From NCBI GenBank assembly GCA_013239625.1, contig MU054323.1, positions 16,124,029 through 16,188,028 on the forward strand: a stretch of 64,000 nt of DNA. Reading direction: 5' to 3'. Numbering within the stretch: position 1 is the first letter of the stretch; each line of letters starts with the position of its first letter. Below the pieces are notes generated by a model. The model was not told the origin of the DNA, made no database searches, and was given only the letters and a program-made list of their open reading frames with translations. Shown here one piece after another: positions 28,190-42,799 of this stretch. The DNA is from Lama guanicoe. Lineage: Eukaryota. The translations under genes were made by a program, and so were the position numbers.

Positions 28190-28603
28190 TATAATAGAAA
28201 AGAACAAATCTGACTCCATATTAGATCTGTTCCTTTGGCTTTAACCCTGTACCCTGTTTTGTAGGTTTAGTCTTTGCTAGCTCTGCACTTTTTGTAAAAG
28301 GATATTAACACTTATGCACTTATATAAAGATAACAAGTTGCAGAATAGAAAATAACGTGTTTTGTTGGAGGTTTGGACCTGACCCAGGTGGACAGCTGCA
28401 AGAACAAAGAATTCCTACACCAAGAAGTTTGCAACAACAACAGCCCTTCCCCTCCCCTTTTTTAAGGAGCCCTGTACTCTGACTTGAGGAAGGTAGGTTC
28501 TCCAAGACGTTAGTCGGCCATCCTCTCAGTCTGTTGGCTTTCGGAATAAAGTTGTTATTCTTTGCCCCAACACCTTGTCTCCTGATTTATTGGCTCAGTA
28601 ACA
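28190..28603 (+). mobile_element. ERV solo LTR
   Basis: Begins tataatagaaaagaacaaatctgactccatatt, AATAAA at 28545-28550, ends ...GTAACA; imperfect 4-bp TSD GAAA/TAAA. Confidence 0.7.
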
Positions 28604-31600
28604 TAAATATTTAAGTACTCAGTTTTCATGTCCCTTTTGTGATATCAAAAGATCAGTTTCAATGAACTCCCCTCTCCCTGTACTTTTATAATTACTTTAT
28701 AGGCTCTTTCTGGCAGATTAGTCCCTGGGAATGTTCATACAATCCAGGAATATCTCAATTGTATTATATTAGAATATAATATAACAGCCCAAGTGTATAG
28801 AAATACAGAACAGCATGTTTACTCACTTACTGCTTAAGAATAGTAATTAACTAACTAGTTAAATCAGTTGAACTCAAAATTACATGATTCTGAAGTCACA
28901 TCTGTAACTGACCTAAAGAACCACAGAACTACCTTATCCCCTGAGAAATATAATATACAATATTCTAAGACAGAAGTCACAAGTTTTCAGGGTCTAAAAG
29001 AGTGCAATGAAATTAACACATATAGCCCAATATTAAATAAACCACAGAACTGATACATCATTAACCTCCAACTTTCTGCATCAATAAAAAGCATTAGAAG
29101 AACTAATAGAAAACTGTGAATAATTTACCCATATAGATCAAGAAAGGCATCAGCTGTCTTCCACACAGTAGAAAATAGATTATGACATGGATGTATATTC
29201 TATAAAGCACAAAACCGAAAGTTAACATAAACTTAACTGGCAGTAGCTTCAGTTATTTCTGGATCATTACTAATTTCCAATAAACTCTCAGCAGGAAAGA
29301 TTCCAAAGTACAGTGTGGCTAATGTTTTGTTTGTTCAGTTTAGAAGCCACTATGATGAGACTAACAAGTAATATTATTGATAAGCTAACATTTTCTGTGT
29401 GATAGATGCTGGGCTAAGCATTTTATAAATATATCATTTAATATACATACATATGTACACACTTACCCACAACAAAACCATGAAATGAGTATTATTTTGA
29501 ACCTCATTTTCCAGATAAGAAACCAAGGTTACAGAACTAGTATATGGGGGAGATAAAAACAAATTTGACTGACTCTAAAATTCATATTTTTTAACTACCA
29601 TAGTATACTGATTCACATGGATTCTTTATTTATTCAATCAAGAAATACTTATTGAGCACCTACTATGGACATGGTTCCTGACGTCACAGAGCTTAGTTTC
29701 ACAGCGATACTCTCAAGTAGAGGGCCAATTGCAATCAGTATGATGAAAGTTAAAATACAGGCTATACAGGATACCAGCACCTAACCCAGACAGATGTCAG
29801 GAAAAGACTTCCTGGAGGCTTAAGCAGAGGATGTGTCAGGGGAAGGGTTTTCCAGGGTAAGGAACAGCAGGCACAAAGACCCAAGTAATGAGACAGAATA
29901 TGGGATTCTGGGAGCTTAGGAAGGAATCTGGACCAGAGACATACCTTTGGGAATTATCAGCATTTTTTTCTAAGTATTCTTGCAATAATACCTTATGTAA
30001 GTAATCACATATTTCTGTCACCTGCTCATTGCGAGCAACCAAAAACGTCTCTTTAGTTAAATGCCAAGGACAGAACAGAAATCACCATGAATTTCTTGAA
30101 CGATCTGGTCTAACTCGTATAAAATTTAGAGCACCACTAGGAAGTAGAAGCATAAAGCTTTATTCATTTGACCATGAACAAAAAGAAGAGTCCATATATG
30201 CATAAATAGATGGGTTTCTGCTCTTTCACTGACTACCGAGAATGTTAAAGGCATCTTGCTTTATTCATGCTACAAGCTATCAAAGTGGTGGTGGGGCACT
30301 GTACTAGCAACTCAGGTTATTTCCCCAGGTGAAGAAATAAAATCTCTAGCATTTTTTAATATAAAAATTTCAACTATCATATTAACCTATATAATCAGAT
30401 GAAGATCTTACTGAATTTTTAATTACAAAATGTTTTAAAAATATAGTATTGTATTTTCAGTATGTGGAAAACTGATGGCAAACTCACACAACAAAATATG
30501 CAACTTAAATATCTCAAAAAATAGCTTCAAATTATTACTTATCTAGTCATTTATGGTTGTTGATTTCCATTGGAGTAGAGATTCTTGACTCTGGCTGCTC
30601 TTCAGAACCACAGATAGAGCTCTTACACAAACTCTCCACCCCCAGAAAGCATAACTTCACTAGTCTAGGAAAGGGTCTGTTAAGCGCCCTGGTTATTCTC
30701 AGGTGCAGCTACTGCTGAAACCACTGTTAACAAAGTCAGTGACATTTAAGTTGCAAATAAGCTTGCAACCACATACATTGACTTTGTAAACATTTAAGAA
30801 TCTTGATCCTTTACAACATATGACCTGGTAATAAGTTTTTTTTGAAAACTTAGCCATTTTAGCATAAATATGACAAACTGAAAATTCTGATCCTAAATTT
30901 TTAAAAAGCTGGTCGTTAGGAAATGCCTAGGGGTAATCAGAAAATATTTCTGTGTACTGTTTAAAAGCAGACTGGATAAGATTTTGTAGGAAAAAGACAC
31001 AAACATTAAAGTTTGCATTTGTCAAAGTATATGTAGTGCTTGTTCATTTGATTGTAACCAACCGATAACCAAACTTATCAAAAATTACTGAATCATGGAA
31101 AACTTTGGCAAGGAGCTTAGTTCACACTCCAATCCTTTTTAAATAGTAGGTTGGGATTGAAAATGGTTTTTAAAAAATGTAATAGCTCAGATGTGGTCAT
31201 GGCACAACCTGGAGGCAATTCAAATAAAACTTTTCTATTGAACTACATATTTCAAGTGAAAGTCTGGATTACATAGAAAGATGAGGAGGAAAGCAAGTAA
31301 CACGTTTAGGAGAATTTTTAAAGGGTGGTAAAAATGACACACAGGAAAAGACTAAAAAAACCTTCAATGAATATAAAAAGTCTCAAAGGTTGAGGAAACA
31401 AGTCTCAAGACAAAGCAACAAAACAGAAGGAAAACCACAATAAGGCACATGATATTCAAACTGCTGAAAACCAAGAGAAAAATCTAAATGAAGACAGAGA
31501 AACTGCATACAATTCAGATTTAACACAAAACAATGAAGAGTACTGAAAATGCTAATTATGTGGATAAATATAAAAGACCATTTTTCTTAGTTTTAATTTT

Positions 31601-31660
31601 TAAAAAACACAATTTACTGTTAAAAGCAAGAAGAATAACGTGTTGTGGGATCTGTAACAA

Positions 31661-32310
31661 TGGTCGATCCTCATTATCTGCAGATTCTGTTGTCTATTAA
31701 TATGCCTACTTGATAAAATTTATTTGTAACCAAAAAATCAATACTTTTGTGTTTTTGCAGTCACTTGCAGACACGCAGAGAAGGTGAAAAATTTTAGTCA
31801 CTCTGTGCATGTTCCCAGCTTAAGATGAACAAGGTGATGCTCTGCCTTCTTGTTTCAGTTCTCATAGTGTAAAATGCAAGTCCTTTTCACGGTCTATTTA
31901 GTGCCACGTGTTCTGAATGTTCTGAATTCTGGGGCTTTTTCATGATGATTTCTCTGTTTAAAATGGCCCCCAAGCATACTGCTGATATGATGTATAGTGT
32001 TCCTAAGTGTAAGAAGGCAACGATGTGCCTTATGGAGAATATATATGTGCTAGATAAGCTTCATTCAGGGATGAATTACAGTGCTTCTGGCCATGAGATC
32101 AATATTAATGAATCAACAGTATATATTAAATAAGGTTTCTTTAAGCAGAAACAGACTTTTAAAAAAAAGGTTATGCATTTACTGGTTGATGAAAATGTGA
32201 CCCAATGCTCACAGGAACCTAATCCTGTATTTCTTCTAGGAGCAACGGTTCAGTATTCACTAATTTGGTGTTTGAAGTCACTTTATAGAACACAAATAGA
32301 GAGTCATCTG
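31661..32310 (+). mobile_element. Tigger-family (Tigger4/Zombi-like) element
   Basis: ggtcgatcctcattatctgcagattc end; HTH remnant KCKKATMCLMENIYVLDKLHSGMNYSASGHEININESTVYIK. Confidence 0.75.
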
Positions 32311-32461
32311 TATGCAGAAATAAACTATGACAAAAATAGCACAAATGACAATAGGAAGAAAATAGAAACATGTTATTCTGAAGTATCCACGATACAGAGT
32401 GGTATGATATTGTTTATAGACAGTAGTCTATGATAAGATTAAGACACATATCACATAAACT

Positions 32462-32690
32462 AGAGCAAGGATTGGCAAATATTTTGTGTAAAAGGCCAGA
32501 ACAATAGTTTAGGTTTCTCGGCCCATACAGTCTCTGTCACAGCTACTTAACTCTGCCGTTGTGTATGAAAGCAGCCACAGGCAAGATACACATGAACTAG
32601 CAAGTTGTGTTCCAATAAAACTCTATTCACAAAAGTAGATGATGGGTCAGATTTGGCCTACAATGTAGTTTGCTGACCCTTGCACTACAG
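32462..32690. mobile_element. MER58A-like hAT MITE
   Basis: caaggattggcaaat..aaaggccag..gtgttccaataaaactctattcacaaaa..tagtttgctgacccttg. Confidence 0.75.
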
Positions 32691-32787
32691 CAATTGCTAG
32701 AACAAAATTTTAAAAGCATATAATAAACCAACAGTGGAGATAAAATGGAATTATACAACATACTCAATTCAAAAGAAGGCAGAAAAA

Positions 32788-32980
32788 GAAATTAACTCAA
32801 CACTGTAAACTAACTATACTTCAATTAAAAAAAAATTATAACTCCAATTTCAAAGACAGTACAAAAAGAGAATGTAGAATAGTTCATTAACAATTTTTAG
32901 ATTGATGTTAAAATGGTAGAATTTTGGATATACATTGAGTTAAATAAAATATGTTAGTAAAATTAAAAACAAACAAACAA
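32788..32980 (+). mobile_element. Truncated L1 tail with putative 3'-transduced sequence
   Basis: L1 tail + A-run + ~130 nt of non-L1 sequence with AATAAA + second A-rich tail; TSD AAGGCAGAAAAA at 32776-32787 and 32981-32992. Confidence 0.7.
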
Positions 32981-35619
32981 AAGGCAGAAAAAAAGGGAGA
33001 AAATGATTCAAAACCTGAAAGGACAAACACAAAACAATATATTTAAATACATCTATATTAAAACCTGTGTTAAATATAAATGGTCTAAACACTTAAAAAG
33101 CAGAAGTTCACAGATTAAATTTAAAAAGCATGATCCAACTACACGCACTCTACAAAAAACCCAGTTTACATATGAAGACACAGGAGAGGTTATAAGCAAA
33201 AAAATACAAAAAGATACCACAATGCAAACACTAACTAAAAAATCAAAAAAGCAAGAATGGTTATATTAATACCAAAGCTGACTTCAGAACAAGATATACT
33301 GCCAGAGATAAAGAAAAATTATATTGAAAAAGAGATCAATATATCAAAGTCTATAAAAATCCCAAATGTGCCTGCAAATACTAGAATTCCAAAAACATGA
33401 AGCAAAATTGATTAAAACTGAAAGGAGAAAACAGACAAATCTAAAATTTTAGATGGGAGATTTTGATACTCCATTTTTAGTAGATGACAGAACAAGTAAA
33501 AAGAGATCCATAAAGATATAGAAAACACTATCAACCAATTTGACCTAATTGATATTTACAGAAATCTCCACTATACAAAAGCATAATAGACATTTTTAAA
33601 GATTGCAAATGTAACATACAGAATATATTGAAGGACAGAGTCCTATACTATAAAACAAATCTCAATAAATTATACAGATTGACAATATACAAAGTATATT
33701 CTTGAGCCAAATTAAAGATAGAAATCAATATAACAGAAAAATGCCTGAAAAACTTACAAATTCTTCCAAATTAAATAACCCATTAATCAAAGAAGAAATC
33801 ACAAGAGAAATCAGGAAATAATCTGAACAGAATGAAAATGATAACACAACCTATCAAGTCTATGGTATGCAGCTAAAGCAGTGCTTAGAGGGAAATTTAT
33901 AGACTTAACAGCACTTGTATCAGGGAAAAAAGACTCAACTCAATAATCTAAGCTTCAACCTTAAGAAACTGGAAAAACAAAGCAAGTTAAATCCAAATGA
34001 GGTAGAAAAGGAGGGGAGGGTGGCATGTGGAGACAACAGAGAAAATAAAACCAGGAACTAGTTCATTGAAAATAAAGTTGATAAAAACTCTAGTCAGAAA
34101 GAACGAGGGAGTAGGGAGGGGAAGAAAGGCAGAAATTGTTAATATCAGGAATGAAAGTGACACCATCACTAGAGATCCTACAGATTATAAAGGATAATAA
34201 GAGAACATAATGCACAATTTTTGCCAATGGATTTGATAACTTAGACAAAATTAAAAAGTTCCTTTAAAGACACAAATTGCCAAAGTTTACTCACAAAGAA
34301 ATAGACAACCTGAATAGTTCTATGTCCACTAAAGAATAGGAACTGAGTTGAAAACTTCCTCATAAAGAAAATGCCAGCCCAGATGGCTTCATTGGTGAAT
34401 TCTATCAAACATTTCAGGAAGTAATATCAATTTTACACAAATTTATTCAGAAAACAGAAGGGGAGAAATAATTCCAAACTTGATACCAGAACCACACAAA
34501 GGTAACAGAAAACAAACAAACAAACAAACAAAACTACAGGCTAATAGTCCTCATGATCTTAGACAGAAAAAAACTTAAAATATAGGTAAACTGAATCAAC
34601 CAAAGTATAAAAAGGATAATACATGATGACCAAGAGTTTATTCCACAAATGCAAGATTGGTTTAACATTACAAAGTAAGTGTACAAAATTCATCACGTAA
34701 ACGAAAACAGACTAAGCAGAAAAAAATAGATGCAAAAAAAGTATTCAATGAAATTCACAATCATTCAAGATAAAACGTCTCAGCCAACTAGGATCAGACA
34801 AGAACTTCCTCAACCTGATGAAGAACATCTAAAAAACTTACATCATACTTAATGGTGGAAGACTGAATGCTTTCCTTTGAAGATCGGGAACAAGGCACAA
34901 ATGTCCACTCTTACCACTTCTATTCAGTACTGTACCAGAGGTTCTAGCCTCCAGTAAAAAAACAGAAAAAGAAACAAAATATGGGAAGGTAAGACAATAA
35001 AATCATCTTTACTTACAGAAGACAAGATCATCTGTGTAGAGAATCCTAAAGAAACTTTAGAAGTTACTAGAACTAGGAAGTGAATTTTAGCAAGGTTGCA
35101 GGACATAGTGTCATGGCACAAAAATCAACAGTATTTTATACACTAAAATGAAAAATCAGAAATTAGAAATTTAAAAAACACCATTTACAGTTGCATCAAA
35201 AACATGAAACACTTACAGATAACAAATGATGTACAAAATCCCAGTAGGCTTCTTTGCAGAAATCTCCAACCTGATTTTAGTATTTATGCAAATGCAAAGA
35301 ACACAGATTGGGCCAAACAATTTTGAAAAAAAAGAACAAAGTTGGAGAACTTACGCATCTGACTTCTTATCTTTATAAAACTAAAGAATTCAAGATAATG
35401 TGGGATTAGTTTAAGGATGTAATAGATCAGTAAAGCAAAACAGTGTTCAGAAATAGACCAAGATATATGTGGTCAACTGATTTACAACAAAAGTACTAAA
35501 GTAATTCAATAAAGGAAGAATAATCTTCAACAAATGATCCTCGAAAATTTGATTTCCTACGTAAATAAATAAAGTTGGACCCTAATCTCACCGTATACAA
35601 AAATTATTCTGAAATGGAT

Positions 35620-36037
35620 TGTTGAATTGTGTCCCCCACAAAGATGTTAAAGTCCTAACCTGCAGTACCTAAGAATGTGACTTTTGGAAATACGGTCTTT
35701 ACAGATGATCAAGTTAGGATGTCATTAAGGTAGGATTTAACGCAAAATGACTGTGTTCTTATAAAAAGGGGAAATTTGTACATAGAGTCAGACACTTATA
35801 AAAGGAAAACAGTGAAGACACAAGGAGAACACCATATACAAGCCAAGGAATACATGAGGCCACCAGAAGCTGGGACAGAAGCATGGAACAGATTCTTGCT
35901 CACAGTCCTCAGAAGGAACCAACCCTACTGATATCTGATTACAGATGTCTAGCCTCAAGAACTTCCAGAAAATAAATTTGTTATTTAAATCACGTAGCTG
36001 TGGTACTTTCATACAGCAGTCCCATGGAATTAATACA
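35620..36037 (+). mobile_element. MaLR (MLT1-type) solo LTR inserted in L1
   Basis: tgttgaattgtgtcccc...ggaattaataca; TSD TGGAT/TAGAT. Confidence 0.82.
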
Positions 36038-36249
36038 TAGATCACAGACATAAAAGTAAGAACTAAAACTATGAAAACTTCCAGAAGAAAACATGGGACA
36101 AAACCTTATCTTCAGTTAAGTAAATACTTTTTAGATATGAAACAAAAGCACTATCCATATAGGACAAAATTAATTATACTTCATCAAAATTAGGGACTTT
36201 GGCTCTGTAAATAACACTTTTAAGAGAACAAAGAGTAAGAATGTAATAT

Positions 36250-39200
36250 AATTAAAAGTACATAAGCTAACTTTTATCAAACAAAAAAACTTAAAGCCAA
36301 AAACTGTAGTTAAGAGACAAAGAATGTCATTATACAATGACAAAGGGGTCAATCTAACAAGAGGGTATACATTTGTAAATATTTATTCACCCAAAACAGG
36401 GACACCTTAATATATAAAGCAAATACTTTAAAATCTGAAGGGAAAAATAGACAGCAATACAACAATAATAGGGGACTTTAATACCCAACTTTCAGCAAAG
36501 GATAGCTCATCCAGACAGAAAATCAGTAGGGAACACTGGATTTAAGCTACAAATTAGATTAGACACTTAACAGATATTTACAGAACATTCCACACAAAAG
36601 CAGTAGAATGCACATTCCTCTTAAGCACACATAAAACATTCTCTGGACAGATCATATGTTAGGCCATAAAACAAGTCTTAATAAATTTAGGAAGACTGAA
36701 ATCACATCAAACTTTTCTGACCACAATGGTGTGAAACTACAAATCAATTACCAGGAAAAAAAAATGGAAAATTCACAAATATGTGGAGATTAAACAACAT
36801 GAAACTGAACAACCAACGGGTCAAAGGGAAGTCAAAAGAGAAACAAAAAAAAAATAACCTTGAGACAAAGGAAAATGGAGACATAAAATACCAGAACTTA
36901 AGGGGCACAGCAGAAGTAGTTCTAAGAGGGAAGTTCATGGCAATAAACATCTACATTAAGAAAAAAGACCTCAAATAAACGACCTAACTTTATACCCCAA
37001 GGAACTAGAAAAAGTAGTAGTAGAAGGAAGGAAATAATAAAAATCATAGTGGAAATAAATGAAATAGAAACTAAAAAGACAACACAAAGACCAATGAAAC
37101 TAAGATCTAGTTTTTTTGAAAAGATAAACAAAATAGACAAATCTTTACACAGACTTCCAAAAAAAGAGAGAAGACTCAAATAAATATATCACAAAGAGAA
37201 GACATTACAAATGATACCACATAAAAGCAAACGATCATAAGAGACTACTATGAACAATTACACACCAACAAATTGGACACACAGAAGAAATAGATAAATT
37301 CCTAGAAACATACAACCTACCAATACTGAATTGTGAGTAGAAAATCTGAATAATCTAATCAAAATCCTCTCAACAAACAAATGCTCAGAACCACATGGCT
37401 TCACATTCTACCAAATATTTTAAAAAGAATACCAATCCTTCTCAAATTCTTCCAATAGAAGAGGAGGGAACACCTCCAAACTCACTTGAGATCAGCATTA
37501 CCCTGATAATAAAGCCAGACAAGGACACTACAAGAAAAGAAAATTACTGCCTAATATTCCTGATGAACATGAATACAAACATCCTTAACAAAATATTAGC
37601 AAACTGAATTCAACAACACAGTAAAAGGATCATACACATAATCAAGTGGAATTTATTCCAGGGATGCAAGGATGTTTCAACATACAAGTATCAATAAATG
37701 ATATACCACATTAACCATATGAAGATAAAAACCATGATAATCATGATGCAGAAAAAGTATTTGACCAAATTCAACATCTATTCATGATAAAAAATTCTCA
37801 ACAAAGGGAGTAGAAAGAATGTACCTCAACATAAAAAAGACCATATATTACAAGCTCACAGCTAACATCATACTCAGTGGTGAAAAGCTAAAATCATTTC
37901 CTCTAAGATCAGTAACAAGACAAGATGTCCACTCTCACCATCTTTATTCAACATAGTACTGGAAGTCCTAGTCAGAGCAGTTAGGCAAGAAAAAGAAATA
38001 AAAGGCACACAGATCAGAATGGAAGAAGCAAAACTGTCTATTTGCAGATGATGTGATATTGTACATAGAAAACCCTAAAGACTCCACCAAAAGAACTGTT
38101 AGAATTAATTTTAAAATTATAAGTTGCAAGACACAAAAATCTATGTACAAAAATCAGCTGCATTTCTATACAGTAATAACTATTGCAAAGAGAAATTAAG
38201 AAACAATCTCACATGCAATTGCATCAAAAATAAAATACTTGCAAATAAATTTAACCAAAGAGGTGAAAGATCTACACACTGAAAACTACAAAACACTGAT
38301 GAAAGAAATTGTAGAAGACACAAACGCATGGAAAGATATTCCATGTTCATGGATTGGAAGAATTAACATTGTTAAAATGTCCATACTATCCAAAATGATC
38401 TACAAATAATGCAATTCCTACCAAAATTCCAATGGCATTTTTCACAAAAATAGGAAAAATAATGTTAAAATCTGCATGAAACCACAAAAGACCCCCAAAG
38501 AGCCAAAGCAATCTTAAGAACAAAGCTGGAGGCATCACATCTCTGATTTCAAACTATACTTCAAAGTTGTAGCAATGAAAGTAGTATGTCCACAAAAATG
38601 GACACATAAAAATTAATGAAATAGAGCCCAGAAATAAACCCATGCATTTATGGTCAATTAATTTACAACAAAGAAGCCAAAAGTATACAGTGGGAAAGGA
38701 CAGCCTCTTTAATAAACAGGGTTGGGAAAACTGGATAGCCACATGCAGAAGAATGAAACTGAACCCCCGTCTTACATTATACACAAATATCAGCTGAAAA
38801 TGAACTACAGACTTGAACATGAGACCTGAAACCATAAAACTCCTAGAAGAAAACATAGAGGCATAAGCTCCTTGACATCAATCTTGGCAATGGTTTTTCA
38901 GATTTGACACCAAAAGCAAGGGCAACAAAAGCAAAAATAAACCAGTGTGACTAAATTAAACTAAAAGCTTCTCTACAGCAAAGAAAACCATTAAAAAATG
39001 AAAAAGAAATCTATGGAAATGGAGAAGATATTTGCAAATCTTATATCTGACAAAAGGTTAAAATTCAAAATATAGAAAGAACTCATAAAACTCAGTAGCA
39101 AAAAAACAGAACAACAACAAAAACTCATCTATCAGTTCAATTAAAAACTAGGCAGAAGAACTTAGGCATTCTTCCAAAAAAGACATACAAATAGCTAACA

Positions 39201-39980
39201 GAAACATGAAGAGGTGCTCAACACCAATAACCATCAGGGAAATGCAAATCAAAACCACAACGAGGTTATCACCTCACACCTGTTAGAATGGCTACTGTCA
39301 AAAGGATAACAAGTGTTAACAAGGATGTGGAGAAACGGGAACCCTCGTGCATTGTTGGAGGGAACGTAAATTGGTGCATGCACTATAGAACAGTATGGAG
39401 GTTCCCCCAAAAATTAAAAATAGAATTATCAAGCAATCCAGCAATTCCACTTCTGGGTATACAGTCAAAGGATATGAAATCATTATCTTAAATGAATTCT
39501 GCACCCTTGTGTCAGTGCTTCACTATTTACCATTGCCAAGACATGGAAACAACCTATGTGTCCACTGACAGAAGAATGGATAAAGAAAATGTGGGGTGTG
39601 TGTGTATATACACACAAAATGAAATATTATTCAGTCATAAAATGAAGAAAACCATACCATTTGCAACAACATGGATGGACCTTGAGGGCACTATGCTAAG
39701 TGAGAGAAGCCAAGCAGAGAGAGACAAATATTCAAATGATTTCACTTACATGCAGAATCTAGAAAAACCAGAATTGGTGATTACTAGAGACGGAGGGTAC
39801 ACGGTACAGAAATGGGTGAAGGTGGTCAAAGGATACCAATTTCCAGTTATAAGACAAGTAAGTTCTGGCAATGTAATATACAGCATTAAATTTATAGTTG
39901 ACAATACTTTATATCTGAAAGTTAAGAGAATAGATCTTAAAAGTTCTCATTACAAGAAAAAAAATTAACTATGTGAGATG
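36250..39980 (+). mobile_element. L1 (L1MA-like) with near-complete but disrupted ORF2 and 3'UTR
   Basis: Endonuclease/RT motifs (ctatttgcagatgatgtgata = LFADD), ORF2 end TTWMDLEGTMLSE; many frameshifts. Confidence 0.9.
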
Positions 39981-42511
39981 CACCAAAAACAGTTGTGAGG
40001 ATTAAGCACTAAGTGTGTGTTAGGTTCCTGACACAGAATAAGCACTCAATGTTTGTCAATTATAATTTTCCTCCTTCCCTCTCCCATATCCTTGCTCATC
40101 CTGATATTTTTCCCTTGGAATGTATTCCTTACCTCTCATATTACTGAAATCTTGCTCATTCTTTAAGTATCAAATGAAATGCTGCTTTTCATATGAAGCC
40201 TTCCACATTCTTTTTCAACCTGAGAAGAGCACTTTTTATTTCAACTTCACTTTTTACTTCTCATGTTTTAGTCTGGTGACAGTTTCCCTTACCAGACTAT
40301 AAGCTTTTTGAGAGAAGGGACAACATCTGGTTAATTCATTTCCTAAAATTTAGCCAGTGCTCTATCTTTAAAAGGTCAATAAATGTATTTACTAATAACA
40401 GACATAAGAAAAGCAAGTATGCCCATGAGAGTCCTGGAAGTTAACCTGGAGCTGTGCATGTATAGGTAATTAAGTAATAGGTAATGATTAGCAAGCAAGA
40501 ACCAAAGACAAGAGTGAAGGTAAAAAGAAAAAAACTTCTGACATGGTTTTTCCATCTCCCAGATGACTTAGGGATCCATGAAACTCTCTATTAAACTCCA
40601 GAATCTGAGCTAGTTCCCTTAAGATTTCTTTCCAGTTAGGACCTGAGCAGGCAATCCCTTGAAACTCCTAAATTTAGATTAAATGATTCAGAATTTCACA
40701 GCTAGAAATACACACCAGAAATCATCCCAACTCAATCATCTGATAAACCTTGAAATGTAATCCAGAAAAGTCAAGTCACATATACAAGGTTATACAGTTA
40801 ATAAACAACAGAGCTGACCTAGTTACAAGCTCAATACTCTTTTTTACTACACTTAAACAACAGTTAGGATTCTAGCACATGTAAAAGTGTGTAGTAAGTT
40901 TATGCCACAGATATTATTATATATTTTTGCCAAATATATCCCCATACCACTATAGTACTGATTCAAATTCAGTTACCTATGATATTCATTTTATGCTGGT
41001 TACCTCCATAATCAACATGCTTTATATTTGTATAAAGTTTATCCTGAAGTATCTTTTCTGGAGCCATACCTTGTTTATTTTCTTTACCTCATACGAATTT
41101 TTCATGGATTATGACTTTTAATCTAGTTTCCCAAGAACATGACCCACCTGACCAACTTCTCACATCTATATTAATGAGGAAGTAATATTAATTCTAAAAT
41201 AATCCTGTAGAAAATCTGTATGCCTCTGTACAAATGTAAGAAGGAAGTGAAATTCCCAAAGATTGAAAACTAAATACAGACTCTACCAAAACATTAGTTA
41301 TGAATTTCAATGGGCTCAAAAAGAGAAACATTAAAGTTACAAATGCTATTTAAGTTAAAATCTTACCTTTAAATTAAAAACATTTTTGCAAAAATATTTA
41401 TAAAAACCCCTGCTAATATTTGATGAAAGGGACATTAAAAGCAAAGATAATTAAAGACACATAGATGGTTCTACAGACCTACGAAAGGAAATTTAACCTT
41501 ACTTTAGGCCACATTTAAATAGATAAGTCACTGCTAACACGCAGAAGACACAGGTCATTTTTACGAACCACATAATATTTTTGGACTGTTAATTACAACA
41601 AAACATAAGATAAGGTAAAACCAGAAGATAAAAACAGAAGATAAGGAAAAACTATACAAAGCATAGGAACTGAAATAAAAACAGTAAAATGAGGGGCGTG
41701 AATCCAAATATACTAATCTTACTGATACGATTTTTAAAACAAAGTATGCTAATTTGTCTGAAACAAATTTGAAACACAGGCATGGTCCATTAAAAAAGAA
41801 AATGTAACTGATTCACACTACCTATATACATAAGTTCTTGATAATACAGAACATACCAACTCTTCCATCAAATTATTAAAGATATTTAGCTAAGAGTCTT
41901 TAAAAAATGGTATCATACAAGGCAGGGGATGGATGGATGGGAAATAAACAAAATAACCCTCAATTTTCAAATTTTCACATATTCTGATATTTACTAAAAG
42001 CTCATTTACTTATTTTTAAGAGACAATGAGAGTGGCCCTCAGCAGTTTAAGTAAAATCAGGATCTAAAGGGAAGAAAGAGGAGGATATACAAAAGGGCAG
42101 AATACAGGGCACCCAGGAAGAACAAGGTATGGACCTGGCCTCAGGTGCTCCTAGGTCCCATCCTTTTAGTAAGCCACCTTGATGCTTTACTCCTTCTACC
42201 TCCTGTTTTCTCTGAAAACAAGTAAGATTTCTTAAGTCCTCTTGACTTCACAATGATTTTCCTGCTTTATTAAAGAGACAAACTAAATAAGCAGTATTTT
42301 AAAGCTGGGATATAGGCTCCAGCTGTTAAGACTCTGAAATTTCAGACTTCAGGCTTTTAGTCTATTAGGACTATTCCCAAAATGCTCAGAATCAATAAAC
42401 AACTGATTGATCCATATGTGTTAACTCATTGTTGCATGTATAATTTATAGGAAAGCATTGTAAACAATATTAATTAGAAATACTGACAAAAATAGCATGC
42501 ACAGTAAGTAC

Positions 42512-42799
42512 CTTTTGATAAACAATGGAGCACACGAGATCCTTGACAGCAGATAAAGATAGTTCCTGGGCTTCAATGGTAACACTCTCCCGTGTAAGGC
42601 CAATTTGCAGTAGAAATGAAACTGTATGCACTGAGCCTCTGGAGTTGGTGAGTGATGGTGTACTGAAACTTCCATTAGAGAGTCGCCCAGAGAGTCCTGT
42701 TTTAGGACTTGAACACGGAGAAGGAGTTGGAAGCACAGCAGGAAGAGTTGTAGGTAATACAGACTTCTGGGCTGATGGAGGAGAATTGTTTGCAGACAT
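42512..42799 (-). CDS. PRKD3: PRKD3 first coding exon (CDS part of exon 2), N-terminus
   Basis: MSANNSPPSAQKSVLPTTLPAVLP...AVKDLVCSIVYQK, 288 nt; donor AAG|GTACTT. Confidence 0.97.

Larger units (their letters stand above)
31150..36235 (+). mobile_element. Long degenerate old L1 (ORF1 end, linker, ORF2), interrupted by several younger insertions
   Basis: Continuous A-rich ORF2-like motifs (gatggcttcattggtgaattctatcaaacatt, aatgtccactcttaccacttctattcagtactg); many stops and frameshifts. Confidence 0.85.

Noticed and set aside
36250..39980. Active L1
   Set aside because: No 5'UTR or ORF1, and ORF2 is broken into many short frames
42470..42511. 109-aa stand-alone protein from exon 2 read-through
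   Set aside because: The extension past the GT donor is intronic; no evidence for an intronic-polyA isoform
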